Shown here in pieces: positions 1-15,063 of a DNA stretch of 64,000 bases. The notes under the pieces are model-generated. The model was not told where the DNA came from, did no database searches, and was given only the letters and a program-made list of their open reading frames with translations. A program made the translations under genes and the position numbers. Source of the DNA: Eledone cirrhosa (Eukaryota); contig OZ024747.1 in NCBI GenBank assembly GCA_964016885.1, forward strand, positions 78,678,001 through 78,742,000. The letters are read 5' to 3'. The stretch's first letter is position 1. Each line of letters starts with the position of its first letter.

Positions 1-416
1 GAAAGCATGGCGTCATACCCTCCACCGATACTGTCAGTTGACCGCCCTTCTGCTAATATTGATAATTTCTTGCTTAGACCTTAAATTTATACAGAAGAAA
101 TATTGAGAAATTATGATGATTTTATTATGTCTTCCACTGTTGGCACACGGCCAGCAATTACCCAGTGCATCACAGGTACTTTATTTTATCGACCCTGTAA
201 GGATGAAAGGCTGAGGTTAACTTTGCCTTTCATCCTTTCAGGGCCGATAAAATAAAGTACCAGTAATGCACTGGGATAATTGCTGGCCTTGTGCCAAAAG
301 TAGAAACAATTATTATGTCTGCCAAAGGAAATAGTGGAATAATTGAAGAGGTTCTTATGGGAACTGAAATCACATCGAACTTAGTTTCTATATAACTGTT
401 GTCTACCAATAATAAT

Positions 417-597
417 TGTTTCTACTTTTGGCACAAGGCTAGCAATTACCCAGTAGATTACTGGTACTTTATTTTATCGACCCCGTAAGGATGAAAAGCA
501 AAGTTAACCTCGGCGGGATTTGAACTTAGAATGGCAAGGACCGTAACTCTATGCGTCAAAGCATGGCATCCGACCCTCTACCGATACTGCCAATTCA
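417..597 (-). mobile_element. tRNA-derived SINE family A, with TSD
   Basis: Family consensus with B-box-like GTTCAAATCCC and central GCCTTTCATCCTTACGGGGTCGATAAAATAAAGTACCAG. TSD ctaccaata(a/t)taat at 403-416 and 598-611. Part of a cluster of copies spanning about 1-1015. Confidence 0.85.
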
Positions 598-3500
598 CTA
601 CCAATATTAATGATGGTTTCTAATGTAAGCATAAAGTGAACAATTTAGAGGAAGGAGAGAGGAAAGTCCATTAAATTGACCCCACTACTTTAATCAACCC
701 CAGAAGTACAAAAGACAAAGTTGACCTCAGATTGGTAGAGAGCTGCAACAACTACTGCAAAGCATTTTGTCCAATGCTAGAACCATTCTGCCAATCTACT
801 GCCTTAGTTCACTAATAATAATAATAATGGTTTCTGATTTAAGCACAAGGCCAACAATTTTAGGGGAGGGGAAAGCTGTTTAAAGCAACCCCAGTGCATT
901 ACTGGTACTTTATTTTATCGACCCTGTAAGAATGAAAGGCAAAGCTAACCTCAGTGGAGGGCCGTAACTATATGCCACAAAGCATTTTGTCTGACACTCT
1001 ACCGATATTGCCAATCCTAATAACAACACAACTAAAACAAAATAGTTCCAGTTATTTGTTAAGCTCTTAATTCACTAAATAAAAAAAAAATTAAAATTAA
1101 AAAATTGATATCTCCCAGACATTTCATGCTCCAAAAAGTTGTAGAAGACTGCACATATGAAAATCACAAGAAAGTTCTTCATGAGAAGTAAAGTCCAGAA
1201 CTTTTGTTTAGACCTGGGTAATTTCATAAGAAAAAGAGCCGCTCATGAGATCACATAAGGAAACTATGTTCCAATTGGTTTTCCATTGTTGATACTGTCT
1301 GCCAGTTGAAACTCTTGGCAAGACACATCAATGATTTTCTGGTGGCAAGAGGCAGAGTTAGAATTCAGAATGTACAAAGTTAGAACAGATATCACAAAAT
1401 ATCTTGTACAACTCTTTAACAATTCTGAACTGGTATTTATTTATTAACTCTGAAATGACGATAGCAAAGTTGACCTCAGGGGAATTTGAACACAGAGTAC
1501 AGAGATCAATCGGACAGTCAAACACCTCTGCCAATAAAAAAAAAAAAAAAAAATCTTTATTCCTACCTATCACTTAATCTCCCTCTCACCATCACCGTCT
1601 CTCTCCCTTTATTGTTTCCAGTAGGATTTAAACTTACAAGTAATGAGATGTAACTAAATTCTACAAAACATTTTGTTTCATTCTCTACCAATTCTCCAGT
1701 CAAAATAATTTTTTAAAACGTATACAAAGAAGATTTGCAATGTCTTCCCCCCCACCCCAACTATAATTTCATATCAACTGCTCAAAAGACTTTGTAGAAA
1801 TTAGAGACATAGTTCTATATATTTTTTCATTAGAGATTGGTATCCAACTAGGCTATGTAGATTTTTCTGTTTACATTAACACTTTTGATACCAAACTGTA
1901 TAAAACTGTTTCAGGTTTTATCATACAATGCTGTATATTATAAAGTGCTTATATTTATCTAAAACCTACCATCAAAATATTATGTTGGAACGTTTGATCC
2001 AAACATTGGCTTAATAATGCAAAACTTAGTTATATTACTAAATCGCTCCAAATTCCTGAATAATTTTTAGAGGATTTGAAAATCATAGATAATGTCTTTC
2101 ATTAGATACATGGTAATGAAAGGGTTAACATAATATTTAAAGCAATTCACCAAAAGCAGTATTTAAAATGTTACCCTATTATGGCTAGCTATTTACATCA
2201 AATCTTGTCCACAGCTATAGTGTGAGAAGAAAAGCCTTGAACTTGCTGTAACAATGTCAAATCATTATATTAAGAGAGACATAACATTGGACTAGAACCA
2301 TAGAACATTCCAGACACAACCTAAAAATCAAACAAAGATGTTTATAATAGATGTCAGTATTTGATAACTAATGAAAAAAAAAGTACTTTTGCACAGAGGA
2401 TGTGGTTTCTTTTATTTATAAACTCACTGAAAAAATACTTTTGAGAGATTTTGGTGATCTCCATAATATATATATTGCACAGAGGGTGAGTAGAAATGTG
2501 GGGTGTTCTGACTCAACCTAAGTAGTGGGATCTCATTCTCGTGTGGTTGGATAACCTGAAATGTTTTATATTATATCTTGTGTAAATTATTGTTTTATAA
2601 CAATTTTAGACTTAATTCATATATAGTAAAATTTCAATCCATCAATTGTATAATGTACTTGCTTCTACTCTTGTTTTAATATAACTTTGTCCATAGCCAC
2701 ATGTATAATGTGGTTAATAAAGAAGTCATTAATAATAGAGTGCAACATGTTTCACTACAATAAAACCAAGTCTACAGTTATAACCTAATCTAAGAATGGA
2801 ATACAAAACCTCTATGGAGCTATTCTCAACAGACAGAAACTACTTACTGTAGCTACTGGAATTAGAGAACTAGTGAAAGTCATAACACAACTACAATGGC
2901 AGTTTATGATCAAATAAAAGATACAATAAGATATTTTTAAAAAAATGTTCTCAGTGAATCTAAGTAAAAAGCCATAAGTTAGATACTACAAATAGAGTGT
3001 AACATTCTTCTGACAGAACCAAACAGTCTAAATCCAATATTTATAAAACACTAAAGAATGAGAAAATGTCAACTGAAACATTAGTTGACAATTTATGAAA
3101 GGAAATTATGCGAGAAAGCTTTGTCATAAAATAAGTACACAGTAGTTATAAAATAAAGAGAAAATACACAGACTCCCAGCAGAGCTGTTAAAGAATGAGT
3201 AAAACATAACACCTGATTGATTCTCAAATATTTGGACAAAACAACAGTGTGTTTTACACTATACCTTAAGTGACTTTAATAATATCTTCATTTCCCAACA
3301 GTGTATCTTACATTATACCCTAAGTGATTTTAATATCTTCATTTCCCAAACTCAAACGCCTAAGTTAATTTATTAAAGGCATAACTCCTCTACAGACAAA
3401 CAATACAAGCACATCAAATCTTTAGAATTACAAATTAAAAGGGCTTGTCTACCAACTATTATTGAAATATTAACATACTGTAATGCATGAAATTATATTA

Positions 3501-5036
3501 AGACATTCTTGAAAAGTACAAAACAGCTCTTTCACTACATCACATTAAAAACTAAAGCCTTCACTCTAATACTGCACATTTTCACAATAATATATCTACT
3601 AGTAAAGACACAGGATGTTAAAAGTTAACTTAATTCAGCCTTTACAATCTGAAGAGCCATTTTTAGCTAAATAAAATAATTGAGACTATTAGAGGTGCAT
3701 AATTTATTATAAATAAAAATACAGTGAGAGTTGTATAAAAAGAAATGCTGGTTGGAGTGGATAGAATCTGTGGAAGAGGGAAGACATGAGGCGAAGTTGT
3801 GAAGAATGACCAAAAAATTGAACCTCATGAAAGAGATGAAACAGGACAGAGTTAACTGGTGATATGCTATAATATAAAATACCTGACTGTCAGTACGAGT
3901 ACAGTGACACTAAAGTAAACTGGGTGAGAGACTGAAGGCCACACAGAGACAATGTTGGGTTTGAGAGGACTCTTCAGTCTGACCTAGCCTGTGACAACCT
4001 CTCTAGTGCTGGTGCTATGATAGTTGGGGCTGGTGTCATAAAAAACATACCTAGTACATCCTATAAGGGGGTTGGTATAGGGAAGATCATTGAAACCATA
4101 CCAAATATGGAACATAGGTAAAATGAGTTGCTCTGACCAATCTAGTTTCAGATTGGCACAGCCCATCCAACAAATGCCAGCATGGAAATCAGACATAAAT
4201 TGATGTGATTTTTGGCTTTGAATCTTATTTAAAACCACTTCAATGCCAGACCATAAATCACGGCTCTTATTTCAATACAAAATTGCAGATTTAGTAGTAG
4301 TAATAATAATAATATATATATAAATTAAAAGCACCTAAGGCTAATTCAAGATAGGCTAAAGAGCCACTTGTGTCTCTGGATCCACAGGTTTTCAATCCTT
4401 GACCAAACATAGTGAAGTGGGCAGATACATATCAAGACATTGATAGAATGTAATCAATAAAAAGACTACTGTACTGGCTTATAAGTGTTCAAGAACCAAA
4501 AGGGAAAACTAAGTAAGAGTAAGGTCTCTCAACAATTTGGACAATCTATATAGAATGGCACCAACAATGTTTCATAGCAATACTTTATGGCAGAATTTTT
4601 ATGATAAACATGCAAAACTGGAGCCTTAAGCTATTTATAATATACTGAACCAGATTTCTACTAGTAAAGATTGTATAAATAAGTAAATTGTTTAACAAAG
4701 ATTAGCCTTTTCTATTTCACTTTGGTTTAGTACCAGCTACACTAAGTAGAGTGTTGACATTAAGCAATTGAGAGTGCAAAGACCCATCCCCATTCCAAGG
4801 ACACCAGTCCTTTTCAAAGTTAACCTACAACTACTGCTGGTACACATTTCCAACTCAGTGGGCTGGAGTAGAGTGAAATAAAGTGTTTTGCTTAAGAACA
4901 CACTGCACAACCCAGTCCAGCAATCAAACCTGTTATCATTACAATGATAAGCCCAACACACTAATCACTAGGATGTGACTTTTCACTTTCCAAGAACTTA
5001 CTGTTACTTTATTGAAATGAGGGTTATAATTGTGAT

Positions 5037-5540
5037 ATGATGATGATGATGGTGGAGGCGGTAGTGATGATGATGATGATGGTGGAGGTGGTAGTGATGA
5101 TGATGATGATGGTGGAGGTGGTAGTGATGATGATGATGATGGTGGAGGTGGTAGTGATGATGATGATGATGGTGGAGGTGGTAGTGATGATAATGATGAT
5201 GGTGGAGGTGGTAGTGATGATGATGATGATGATGGAGGAGGTGGTAGTGATGATGATGATGATGATGATAGTGGAGGTGGTAGTGATGATGATGGTGGTG
5301 GTGGTGGTAGTGATAATGATGATGGTGGTGGTGGAGGTGGTAGTGATGATGATGATGGTGGTGGTGGTGGAGGTGGTAGTGATGATGATGATGGTGGTGG
5401 TGGAGGTGGTAGTGATGATGATGATGGTGGTGGTGGAGGTGGTAGTGATGATGATGATGGTGGTGGTGGTGGAGGTGGTAGTGATGATGATGATGGTGGT
5501 GGTGGAGGTGGTAGTGATGATGATGACGACGGTGGCAGTA
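5037..5540. repeat. (ATG)n/(GTG)n compound minisatellite, 30-39-bp units
   Basis: Unit GTGGAGGTGGTAGTG(ATG)n repeated about 14 times. Confidence 0.95.
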
Positions 5541-5949
5541 ATAAATATAACAAAAATGGATGACTTAGAAAAATATTTTTTCTACTCTTCAAAAAAAAAA
5601 AAAAAGAGATAATTGTGGAGGGGGTGGGGGTGGCATAAGTTATTGATTCTGTTAAACGATATAACACTTATCAACAATCTGATGATTTTAAGAAGTGAGG
5701 AGATAGGATTGTGTGAGGAAAATAGAATGATGACATAAGCTCTCACACTGAAAGCAAAGAAATAGACATTTGATATCCCTCTGGCTACGTAAGCAAACAA
5801 TTGATATACAGTATATATATATATATAAATATATATACACATACATATATTCACCACACTCACTGTGTAGCAAATATAAATGTTTGCAACACACCACAAT
5901 TATTTTGCTTTACACATACACACTCTCCCTGTATGTGTATGTGCGTATG

Positions 5950-5991
<42 letters not shown>

Positions 5992-6004
5992 GATACATAT
6001 ATGC

Positions 6005-6048
<44 letters not shown>

Positions 6049-7001
6049 AGGAGTGTATAAGGAGGACAAAGAGAGACATTTGTTTATATACATATGTGTG
6101 AGTGTGAGGCTCTGTGTATGTGTGTATATAAACACACAAATAATTTCAATAATTATTATAACAAATGATCCATATTATTGTATATAAAATAAAGTACCAG
6201 TAATACACTGAGATAAGATAATTACTGGCCTTGTGCCAAAAGTAGAAACAATTTTTGTATATTTCTTCAGTCAGTCTAATGAAACATTCCATGTCTCGGC
6301 TTTTACTAAAAAATTCATTGATGTTATTTTAATTTTATTTATATATATATTTATGATGAACATTTGTTTTATTGTAATGCCTGTACATTAGTTGTTTAAA
6401 CATCATATTGTTGTCGTTGTTATGTTGTACAGATAGGATGAGTCCTCCTCGTATCTTATTAAAGTAGTGAGTTGGTAGTGTTACTAGAATGTCAAATAGA
6501 ATGCTTCACAGTATGTCTTTTTTCCAAGGTCAATTTTGCCTTTCATCTTTTCAAAGTACCAGTCCAATACTGGGGTTGATTTTTCTTTTATATCTCTTTA
6601 TCCCTCTCTGGAAGTAATCAGCTGTGTTCAGACCTGGAGAGGAATGTGCTCCACCAGGTTTAAATGCCTATGAAATATTTATACCACGATGCAGCCTCTA
6701 GAATTTGATCACAAGTTAAAATCAGGTTCATGAATGGATGAAATTATTGGTCCAGGACAGGATATGATTCTTCCTCTATCTCTCTTTCACTGGAAGAAGT
6801 CAGTTGTGTTCAGTTCTGGAGAAAGGTGGGTTCCACCAGGTTTAAATGTCAAAGACATAGTTCCCTATGACTTCATCAGGAGTTCACAGTCCAGAGATAG
6901 AACTTAGTGAGCACTGCAGAGCAAGATGTAAGCTTCCATTGATTCTTTGTCAATAGCAACTCACTTCAATTATGCCATTAATGCCCTGGACTAATGCCTA
7001 G

Positions 7002-7133
7002 AATATTATACAATATAATACCCCAAATATTATACAACATAATACCCCAAATATTATACAATATAATACCCCAAATATTATACAACATAATACCCCAAAT
7101 ATTATACAATATAATACCCCAAATATTATACAA
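7002..7133. repeat. 24-bp minisatellite, about 5.5 copies
   Basis: aatattatacaa(t/c)ataatacccca with alternating T/C. Confidence 0.95.
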
Positions 7134-10100
7134 TCTTGTGCTTTATGCCATTGAACTTTTTAACAATTTTGCCAATCATCACTGAACTGCTACTTTATTT
7201 ATCCAACAAATGAAGGGCAAACTTGACCATTGCAGGATTTCAAATCAGAAAAGAGAAAACTGGAATAAATAGCCAGGCATTTGATGCTCTAACAACTCAG
7301 CCAATTTGCAACCTTCTAATGTACCTTATATACATAAATGTTAACCCTTTTGATACAAAATTGCTCAAAATCATATGGAAATTTCTCTGAAGTAATGTTC
7401 TAAATATCAGCCCACTAATGAAAAACTTATTTATTGGATTAAATTTCCAAACGTTTGGTTATTTTCAATCAAAATTAACTGAAACATATAGGCAGTGTAT
7501 TTCATTAGAAATATGGTAATGACAGGGTTAATCATCTAAATGAAGCAAACACACCCCTCTTTTTTTTTTTTTTGATTGGTCCAAAGTCTTTGTAGGTCCT
7601 CAAAGACCAGTGAGACTAACACAGTTAACATTGATCTTCAACAAGTTGACAGTTTTAGGATAAAGATATGTAGGGAGATTCATTATATATATGTATATGT
7701 TTGTATGCATACATATCGGTACAAGTACATGTGTTTATTTTGTGTATATAATGTGGAGTTGAGTATTACAACAGCAATTTCGATAGATGGAGTTGGAAAT
7801 GGTTTAACAAGATTCAATGTTAGCAAGGTTTTAGGGCCATGCAAGTAACTCAACCTTTATAAAAACTTCTCAACTGATTTTTATTCTAAAACAAAGTAGC
7901 AGGCACAATATTGCAACAGAGCCAATTTTACAAAACACTAAAACATATTTGGAACAGAAAAAGCAGCTTTTATTTAACATGCTAACCCAAAAGCACTAAC
8001 AAAATAAATTACACACACACACACACACACGTGTAAACACATGTGTACGTACATACACACAAACACACACACATATTTCTTCATGCTTATGACCATGCAG
8101 GTAAAATTAGGGTTGGAACAAAAATAAAACAATAAAATTCATGCTCACAAGAATCTTAAAATATATATTTCAAAGAATGAATAGTAAAAAATAGAAATGT
8201 ACTTGAAATGAAAGCTGTAAAACTAAATGTCATAATAACTTCATTAAAATATATTAAAATAGAATAAATTAAACAAACCTAGTTCTCTTGGCCAAAGGTA
8301 CAAAAAAAGATTGATGAGCATTGAATTACAAGGTACAACCAATTGGAAATGTCAACACAAACACAGAACATACAGTGTAATGTGTACAGACATACAGCAA
8401 ATCATGTAAACAACACACTGCAGGATTTTAGCAGGCTTTTAAGTGTCTATAAAGTTCAACATGGAAGCTAGTTCAATTGTAACTATCAGTCTAGGTTTTA
8501 TTTCTCCTCAACTATCTGCTGTGTAGAAAAAAAAAATGAGATGAGATGTCATTCCGAATTTATCACGTTCAGGATGTCATACCGAATTTATCACGTTCAA
8601 TAATAAACCACCTGGAACTGACCCTGGTTCTATTATACACAACTTTTTATTTTCAAGTTTTATATTTATCTAAAAAACTTCCATGATAATTCTATGTAAG
8701 AACCTTTGTTAAGCTATCATTCAAATAACAGCTTAATAATGAGCAACCTAGTTAAATTACAAAACCCCTAATTCTTGATTATTTTCAGTGTATTTCATTA
8801 GAAATACAATAACGAAAGGGTTAAACTGTCAAATTTCAAACTCTAACTTGATGTTCTTTGCAGAAACACTAATAGCTTAATATATACTGTCAACATAATC
8901 ACTGTGCACATACAAATACAAACATACTTACTGTGTACACATATATCTTACCCCAAACCAACTGAGTGATAATATTGAAAGTAATTTTAGATGTTCAATA
9001 TAATTATAAACATTTTCAAGGTTGAGAAGTTAGCTCAGAATATAAAGCATGGTGCTAGATGATTTACAATTCTGGGCTCAAACATTGCTCATCTTAACTT
9101 GGCCCTCAGTATTCTAGAACCAATAAAATAAGTAGCAGCAATCTATGTCCTAAAGGTTGATGACCTCTAATTTCTTTTTTTTACTTCACCTACTTAGACA
9201 CAATTGGATGACATAGAAATAAATGATCTTAAATGATCCAAAATAATTCTACAGATATAAAGAGAATTATGAATAAAGTTTGACTTATTCAACTGAAAAC
9301 ATGACTTATTCCCATAATAATTAGTATCTAATCTTTCCTTCTCAAAGTAACATGCCATAAAATATCTTTACTGCAGTAGGTTCAAAGTCTAAGTATATTA
9401 GAAGGTTTGAAGAATAGTATTAGTAACTGAGCCTTTTAGGAAAATAAAGTTGAAGGATAAAATAAAATAAGTGATTTGTCCCAAGACACAATCAAACTCT
9501 GATCTTCAAAACATGTGATAAAAGAGATTTAATAAATTTCGAGAAAAGGGAAGCATAATAGATTTATAAAATAATGAGACACATTGCCTCATAGTAGTAG
9601 ACTAATGACATAGACATACTTTCCTACAGTATCATATCGAACTTCAAAGCAGGAAATATTTTCAGTACAAACACTTTCAAGTATTACCAACTGAGTTTGT
9701 GTTTTGCTTTTTAGTAACCATTAAAATACTAGTGTCTAAAGCACAGGACAAATCAGGAATGATCTATTTTAGTATAATGAAGGTTAAAGGCATAGCCTAA
9801 ACTATTTCTCTACTCAAAGAATTCCTCTCATTCCATAAAATATTAGATAAGCAAATGATATAACTTCTAAAAATAATTTAGATGATATATTATCTTGGAC
9901 AAATTACCCACACCCAAGAAATAATTAAAAATTATAAGAATATGAACAAATTTGAATAAAATTGCCTAAGTCCTTACAAAGAACATTTAAAGCTTCATGA
10001 TTGAATGCCATTAAAATAAAGACTGGACAAGAATGTCCATTTAGGTTCAAAAACAGAAAACAGTTTGTTCTCATTTTCCATTTGAAAACAGAAATAAAAA

Positions 10101-10542
10101 GGCTGGAAATTTTATTATAATAATTTATTGTAGACTCTATAAAGTGGAAGTGCTGGTGACATGATAAAAGAATTTACATTGGCTGACCCAAACTTGAGCC
10201 AGTCAGCCCAACAAAAGACAACAAACAGGTTGATAGAAAATAATGTATGGAAATGTTTGTATCTATTTAACCATTTTGATACAAAACTGTCTGAGACTGC
10301 TCATGATTCTATAATAGCTGTTTATTCTAAAGTGTTTATATTTATCTAAAAGCCTTATACAATTTTATGTAAGAACCATTAAGTTATACTCCAAACACTA
10401 ACTGAATAATAAGAAAGTTAGTTATATCATTAAAACCCTCCAAATTATTTGAACATCATTTGAAGTGTCTTTTATTAGAAATATGGTAACGAAAGGGCTA
10501 AATGTACAGTGGAAATGTAGAGCCAGTATGGTAAATTGTCTT

Positions 10543-10691
10543 TTTATTATCTACACAGAAATAATAATTCTTGAATTTCTAAGTCAATTGAAATATATAT
10601 ATATCATCATCACCGTTTTATGTCGATGATGATGATATATATATATTTCAATTGACTTAGAAATTCAAGGATTATTATTTCTGTGTAGATA

Positions 10692-10696
<5 letters not shown>
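10543..10696. repeat. Near-perfect fold-back palindrome (arms about 70 bp)
   Basis: tttattatctacacagaaataataattcttgaatttctaagtcaattgaaa(ta)n-tcatcatc and its reverse complement, 1 mismatch, short loop. Confidence 0.92.
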
Positions 10697-10737
<41 letters not shown>

Positions 10738-13224
10738 ATTAAGATTAGTTAACGATGTCTAGAAACCAAATAACAAGAATAAAATGAAAAGAAATGAGCC
10801 AAATATTTTAAAATAACAAATTACGATCATATTTGGATATAAAAAAGATTCTATCAATGTGAGACTATTCAAAAGAAAAGAAACCAAATTCATTTCTAAA
10901 GATCAGTATCTATTTTACACTTGTAGGAGTTGCCTATTCATAACAAAGTCTTTAAGTGGATTTGAGCCAAATAATTTAAAGATTTTTATAATTTTATAAG
11001 AATTTCTGTTTTTAATAAACTTCACTTATTACAAAATCTATTATCGCTTGTACAATTAGTCATCTAAAATAAATTAACAAGATTTATTATCTACCCAGTC
11101 TAAAGTGTAATCAAATAAATTTTCTTTTCTAAGTTTTTAAACTTATCTCCTCCTACCAGTTCTCTTCTATTTAACTAAAAAGCTTTTATTTCTAAAATAA
11201 GATACGATTTAGCAATAACACCAACACAGTGTGGTTTGAAATACAGGCATATATGGTCTCATATACAATATGTCTATGAATAATAAACATAAATATAGTC
11301 TTGTGAGAATTTTAAGCTGTAATCATAGCACAGCTTAAAATACAATAAGGCTATATCTATGTTTCACATACTTAAACATACTGTGTATGAGTCCTAATAT
11401 CCTTGTTTTGGCAGATAGCAGCATATTGTAATTTGATTTCCCAGATAATCTATATATGAAATAACATTTAAACATTTAAATAAAACAGATTCATGCATGA
11501 AAAACTTGACAACAAAAAGAAAACAAAACAAATAAACTAAGAACTACTAGGTACTGGTAGAGGTGGTGGTTGACAAGGAACACTACAAAACTATCCTAGA
11601 GCAATATGATAAGTACTAGCGTTCATCTGGTAGCATGGGATAACTAAGAAACTTAACTAACAAGTGGGGAAACACCAACAAACAAACACCAAAGAAAAAG
11701 CAAACACAGATGAAACACAATATACTATATTGTATACACATACATACACAACACACACAAATGTACATGTGTATATTTGCACAGATGCTCACACAAATAC
11801 ATTTGTGTATTAAGCAGTTCTTTATTTAAGCAAGCATCTGAAAAATGCAAACATATGTACATGTTGTGAAGTATTCTCCCCTCATTAGTATTTATTTTGA
11901 AGAGGCCAGCTAGCTCACTTATTTCCTACGTTCCTCTGGTATTTACTCAACTTACGATAGCTTCATTCTTTCTGATATTTAAACCAGATTATTGCTATTG
12001 GTTTATTCTTAAACAACTCTAATAAATGGACTTTAAAGTTTAATGTATGTATGTTGTCAGAGAGTTCAAGTTTAGAAGTGGAGTGTCAAAAGTATCATTA
12101 AGCTACTTGTATAAAACCACATTTGTTATTTATACTGGAAATGTTTCTTTCATTTTCATGAAGAATTTTATTGTAGTTTAGCTCCATTTAAATGTGAGAC
12201 TTCAATATTATAAATGAGACATTTTGTAGGCATAAATTTTATCTATCCAATGGTAAAGTGACTTGAATAACATTTCTCCCAAAGTAATGAATGCTTATGG
12301 ATATTTAAAACAACAAAATAACTTTGGAATTTCAAAATGTGTTAATAGTCACAGTTTGTTGTAATAGATAGTTTGTACGATATACATAAACCAAATTTCA
12401 GATTTTCAATGAGAACTTACAACCCATACTTACATATAAGGTATATCAGTAAGAAGGTAGTACTGTCATTTTACATACTATTTACAATATTTTGAATTAA
12501 GATTTTGTAGGTTCAGTAGTTAAGTAATACACAGGATTTTCTTGTATTTTTGTGGAAAAAGGTGACTTATGCATGAGTTCACAGTGCTTTAAGTCCATGG
12601 GTTAGCATTGCAGATTCCATGAAAAGCTTCATATTCATCATGAGGACCTTTTTGAAGCAATTATTTACAGCTGGGTACCCTTCTTGGTACCAACTCTTTT
12701 AGTCACTTCTTACAACATGTCGAGATATGATATAAACATTCTAAACAGAATACACACAAAAATATAGAACCTATTATACATGAGTATATACAGTATTATA
12801 CATGAGTATATACAGTATAATACATGAGTATATACAGTATTCATAATATTTAATATAGTTCTAATATTGAACTAATCAGTTTTGCAGTAAATTTAGCTAC
12901 AAATCTTCTCATATCATTCCCATATTATTATTAGATACTTGTTATTTCCAATAAATCTTACATCTTAGTTGTTAAAGTGCTAACCAATAAACAAACATAC
13001 ATATATGAACCTTTCTAATTCCTTAAAACTAAACAGTAACTCTTCTTTATATTACTGAAGTACATAAAGAAACATCTGAAAAGTCATAAGATATATTCAA
13101 AGAAAACACAAGTGTGACATTTATTTTTGTTTTCAAAGTCTTGAGTAACACCCATCTCTCTCAAATATTCCCCCAGTAGACTGTCAACTAACAAAGCCCA
13201 ATTAAATCGTTCTCATCTTACCCT

Positions 13225-13259
<35 letters not shown>

Positions 13260-14727
13260 TCTTATGTGAAGCCATCAACAGGTTATATATATTTTTCCCT
13301 ATTTCTCAATGATAAAATAAATATAAATGGAACCAAACTCATCTTAAGCCTTACATTGCTGATAGATATTTAATTAATGTGGATTTAAATAATACTGTAG
13401 GAGAATGTCCGCCTATCATTAAAAACATACATTGCTTCAAGCTAACAGTTTTTTAATCACACAACAAATAATGTATATACATTTTTTTTTCTCATTGTAA
13501 AAGGGGAAAAGGTATTCAAAGTTAAAAACAAATCCTATTTCAAATTTCAGAATAAATATCTACAAATTTGCATACATACATACATTCATATATACAGACA
13601 AGAGACTTTTTTTTTTTTCAAAATAAAAAAATATATAAAGAAATAAACATTATCAATAAAACAAATGGAAATAAAATATCAAATGTGATAACAATATTCA
13701 TGGCCTTTCAACAGATACTAATTATATCTATATATATAGGAATAAACACCCTTTCATGATCCAATGGGACATCTAGGATATGACCGCTGGAAGGAGAGAA
13801 GGTTGCACTAGGCTGATACTTTCTTTATCAACCTTAATAGGATGAAAAGCAAAGCGAACTTTGGCCTTAAATAATCTTAAAGCAAAGAATGTTGAAAGAA
13901 AAATATAATTAATTAAATAGTTTGTCAACCAACTTCTGCTCTTCATTGGAGGAGGTAGTGATGGTAGAGTGGGTCAAATATTGAAATGACATAGTGTTAA
14001 CAATTAATAAAATAAATTTCTATATTGTTCATGGGATTATGGTAGTCCTATCACAAATGAACATGATACATAAGGCCCCTGATTAGTTTCAGTTTCAATG
14101 ATAAGAAGGAGAGTATAACAATATTTGCCAATAATTAATAAACTTGGACTAGCACCTAAATTTCCAGCTAGGTAAAATGAGGTAGGTTAAATTGTTACTG
14201 CAGTTTAAACCCAGATCAACACGGATTGAGCAGACCTGTGAGAAAATAGATCCCTGTCAAGACTATCTCATCTTTTCTTTAGCCATACTGTTTCCAGGTC
14301 TACATAATCCAATGTATCTTTCTTCCCAATTTTTTAGGCAGGGAAAGTGAATGTTGGTAAAATCAACAACAGTCCTTTACTGGTGTTTTATTTTATCAAC
14401 CTCAGAAGGATGAAAGACAAAATTGGTGGGATTTGAATTCAGAATGTAAAGAGCCAGAAAAAATACTGCAAAACATTTTGACTGACACACATGATTTTGC
14501 CAATCCACTGCCTTTCCTTCTTTTATAATAATAGAGCATGATTTGAGGGAGATTTTGTGACTATTTCTAATAAATGGAATGATTGTGAAAGGTGCCATCT
14601 TTGGTTTGTCAGTAAATTATTCTGTGTATATAACCTGAAAGCAATAGTTTATATATATATATATATATTATATATATATATATATATTAGAATATAAATA
14701 TTAATAAAATAGAAGTTCTTTTGATCA

Positions 14728-14790
14728 ATTACATTTTATTATACATATTTTGGATGTACAACAGTACGTCCTCATCAGACAAAATATAAT
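14728..14790 (-). ncRNA. Inverted copy of the hammerhead with G12-to-A core mutation (predicted inactive)
   Basis: Exact reverse complement of 15001-15063 except CCGAAA to CCAAAA at 14751. Confidence 0.65.
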
Positions 14791-15000
14791 GATACATGAC
14801 ATACCCTGAGATGTTAAATGGTTAAGATTTAATCAAGGTAGTGATTAACCTAAGAGAAAATTTAACATTTATACCCTAATAATGAGAAAATGCGAAAACG
14901 TAATAAATTCAATAGAGAATGTGTGAGTAAGAAAAACGTTGCTTAATGTACCAGTTATCGAGATTTTAACCATTTAACATCTCAGGGTATGTCATGTATC

Positions 15001-15063
15001 ATTATATTTTGTCTGATGAGGACGTACTGTTGTACATCCGAAATATGTATAATAAAATGTAAT
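15001..15063 (+). ncRNA. Type I hammerhead ribozyme motif (Penelope-like minimal type), core intact
   Basis: Stem I 15001-15012/15052-15063 (12 bp, 2 GU). CTGATGA 15013-15019. Stem II GGACGTAC-TGTT-GTACATCC. GAAA 15040-15043. Self-complementary stem III ATATGTAT. Predicted cleavage 3' of AUA at 15051. Confidence 0.75.

Noticed and set aside
4939-5667. 242-aa Pro/Ser ORF and antisense 191-aa Met/Val ORF
   Set aside because: Both are products of a triplet-based minisatellite, with no splice context or non-repetitive coding sequence.
11956-12017. Candidate next HDAC4 exon (AG...GTAAGT)
   Set aside because: Stops in all three frames and no HDAC4 similarity. I found no further exon in 1-15494.
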